Source of the DNA: a virus
IMG/VR virus record: IMGVR_UViG_3300030109_003951
Coordinates: 1-64,000 of that record
DNA length: 64,000 bases
Direction: 5' to 3' (one strand)
The notes beneath the pieces are model-generated. The model worked only from the letters and a program-made list of their open reading frames with translations. It was not told the origin of the DNA and did no database searches. A program made the position numbers and the translations under genes. Below are positions 62,175 through 64,000 of the stretch, one piece after another. Each line of letters begins with the position of its first letter. The stretch's first letter is position 1.

Positions 62175-63605
62175 TCATCTCACATAACTTATAACATCTT
62201 CAAGTGTGCTAATATCTGCAACTGGTTTATCATATCTTATTGCTACCATTCTAGGAAATCTTAGTGTCCAACCATATTCTGTTTTGGTGATTAAATCTGC
62301 ACACACAGATAATACAATTCTTGGTAAAAATTCATATGTACCATTATGGAATTTGATAACAGTTCTTTTTAATTTGTTAGTTATTAACTTGCGTTCTTCA
62401 TTACTAAACCCAACACCAACTGAACCTACATTGGCAAAACCACCTTCATCTTTAACAGAAATATCAAATGAAGTAAAGACAGATTGGTGTTTTCCTTTGC
62501 CATGTCTAGCAGAAGTAATCACAACATCCAAGTCTATCTTAGCAGGTTTGAATTTTAACCATGACCTTTTTGCAGGTTCGTATATTCCGTTAGCATCTTT
62601 TAACATGATTCCTTCAAAACCATCAGAAATCGCTTGAGCATAAAATAAATTTTTGTGCTTTTCAAATGAATTATAATCTGGGAAGTTCGTATATTTTATT
62701 GACCTGTATTCTTCTGGGACAATATCTTCTATAAATTTTAATCTCTCACGCAACGGTGTATTTTCAAAAAGATAATCAAACACTGCTAACTTCACAGGAC
62801 ATTTTTCTATAGCCTGTTTTATATCATTAGAATGTATTCTAGAATTTATATTTTTGAGAGGGGCTGGTTTACCTTTCTCTACTGGATAAATCTCACCGTC
62901 TAAAATATAATTACCGTTGTCCCAATTCTTTATTATGTCAACAACATCTGGAAACTTTTTAGTTATGTCTTTACCTATCCTATTGAATAATAATACGATG
63001 TCACCTTGCCTATGTATTTGTACTCTAACCCCATTATACTTGTATTCCATAATCAAGGGCCAAGTATCTGGTATTCCCTTGAGAGGTTTTGCTAACTGTG
63101 GTGGGACGGCAACACCCACTTGAAATTTTATTTTAAGTTCTCCAAACATTTTTCTCACAACACCATCATCTATTCCATTTCTAGGTTTTCGCAACCAGTA
63201 ACGAATAAACCATTTGATTTCATTATTCTTCATTTTATGAAAAGCCTCTTTAATTAAAACAAACGCATTAGATTCTGTTTTGCTACAATCTAATTCTAAA
63301 AGGTGTTTTATTTGTTTTACCGTATAATCTGATTCATTACTATTTTCAACATACCATTTTATGCCTTCACCAATATCACCATGTATTTTTATTTGTTGAG
63401 ATATATCATCTTCCAACACTTCATAAATTTTAGCAAGCCAAACAATTGCTTTTTTCTCTCCCATAAAATTAGCATCTAAATTAAGGCCGAGTATTTCTTT
63501 GGCCTCATTTGTCAAATTAGATGTTTTAACTATACCTTCTTTTTCATTGAGAGATTTTCTATTTTGAATTGCTTCGCACATTCTGGCGAAATCAGACCAG
63601 AGCAA
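62175..63605 (-). CDS. lig: ATP-dependent DNA ligase
   Basis: EYKYNG, ILDGE, VFDYL, EGIMLK, WLKFK, LRFPRM..IRYDK. Confidence 0.92.
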   Translation of the reverse strand: MLWSDFARMCEAIQNRKSLNEKEGIVKTSNLTNEAKEILGLNLDANFMGEKKAIVWLAKIYEVLEDDISQQIKIHGDIGEGIKWYVENSNESDYTVKQIKHLLELDCSKTESNAFVLIKEAFHKMKNNEIKWFIRYWLRKPRNGIDDGVVRKMFGELKIKFQVGVAVPPQLAKPLKGIPDTWPLIMEYKYNGVRVQIHRQGDIVLLFNRIGKDITKKFPDVVDIIKNWDNGNYILDGEIYPVEKGKPAPLKNINSRIHSNDIKQAIEKCPVKLAVFDYLFENTPLRERLKFIEDIVPEEYRSIKYTNFPDYNSFEKHKNLFYAQAISDGFEGIMLKDANGIYEPAKRSWLKFKPAKIDLDVVITSARHGKGKHQSVFTSFDISVKDEGGFANVGSVGVGFSNEERKLITNKLKRTVIKFHNGTYEFLPRIVLSVCADLITKTEYGWTLRFPRMVAIRYDKPVADISTLEDVISYVR

Positions 63606-63609
63606 AAAA

Positions 63610-63774
63610 TCACCTAAATTTAAATTCGGGTTCTCCTGTTAAATCACTAAGGACTTTCACCATAGCATCCAAATCATAATCATATTTTTTCTTTAACCAA
63701 TCAAACCTTTCTTCCAACTCTTGCACTCTTGATTCTAGTTCTTTCATTTTATCTATTTCTTCTTCATCTTCCAT
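63610..63774 (-). CDS. 54-aa coiled-coil protein (not in ORF track)
   Basis: GAGGAGG SD; MEDEEEIDKMKELESRVQELEERF... Confidence 0.5.
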   Translation of the reverse strand: MEDEEEIDKMKELESRVQELEERFDWLKKKYDYDLDAMVKVLSDLTGEPEFKFR

Positions 63775-63776
63775 TT

Positions 63777-63986
63777 TTATTCCTCCTCTAATAAGTCTGG
63801 GAATAAAGTTATAAGTTGTTCTGCAACCATACTCATCCCTAAAAACACACCCACTTGAAATTCTTTTGTTCCCATATTAGTATCAGTGATTAAATCTTCA
63901 ACTTCACCATATAGAGTTTCTACTTGGTCCCTAAACTGTTGTATTCTTACTAATATTAATTTAATTCCTAAATCCATTTTCATCAC
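63777..63986 (-). CDS. Hypothetical protein
   Basis: ORF with AGGTGA SD. Confidence 0.55.
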   Translation of the reverse strand: MMKMDLGIKLILVRIQQFRDQVETLYGEVEDLITDTNMGTKEFQVGVFLGMSMVAEQLITLFPDLLEEE

Positions 63987-64000
63987 CTTCTATTCTTTTC

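Larger units (their letters stand above)
1..64000. mobile_element. Tailed archaeal virus genome segment (siphovirus-like; resembles magroviruses of marine group II Euryarchaeota)
   Basis: TerL, portal, HK97-type protease, capsid, tail tube and tape measure on the + strand. Archaeal-type PolB, PCNA, RFC, primase and XPF on the - strand. GGTGA SD motifs and tightly overlapping ATGA/TAATG gene junctions. Host assignment is inferred from gene content. Confidence 0.85.

Noticed and set aside
58693-63605. Trp near the N-terminus of replication-arm proteins (MYWENDIE, MSWASMSKK, MLWSDFAR, MRSELWAEK) as extra tag copies
   Set aside because: They lack the [IV]-[LI]-K ending, and in RFC the Trp belongs to the conserved WxEKYRP motif

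Overview
About 64 kb of an AT-rich tailed dsDNA virus genome (Caudoviricetes) that most likely infects an archaeon. The evidence is an archaeal-type replisome (PolB, PCNA-like clamp, RFC, PriS-PriL primase, MCM-like ATPase, XPF nuclease, ATP ligase) and GGTGA/GAGGTGA Shine-Dalgarno sites. Gene content resembles magroviruses of marine group II Poseidoniales; this is an inference and no database search was run. The + strand (1-47075) is a late/virion arm: accessory small genes, terminase, portal, a second ligase, protease-scaffold, capsid, a membrane/GTPase block, a siphovirus-type tail with a -1 frameshifting chaperone, and fibres. The - strand (47.2-64 kb) is a replication arm with a split PolB. 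The main finding is that about 20 otherwise unrelated late-arm ORFs begin with the same 8-residue leader, M-[ST]-W-x-[DE]-I-L-K. Its ILK end matches the FDILK pentapeptides on both sides of the prohead protease domain, and its SW-helix resembles the scaffold C-terminus. This suggests a cleavable capsid-targeting tag analogous to the T4 internal-protein CTS. Tagged cargo includes a three-gene tRNA 3'-end repair set (2H phosphoesterase, HAD phosphatase, class II CCA enzyme). A second unusual block is an Arf-like small GTPase flanked by membrane proteins inside the morphogenesis operon. No rRNA, tRNA or CRISPR array was recognised.
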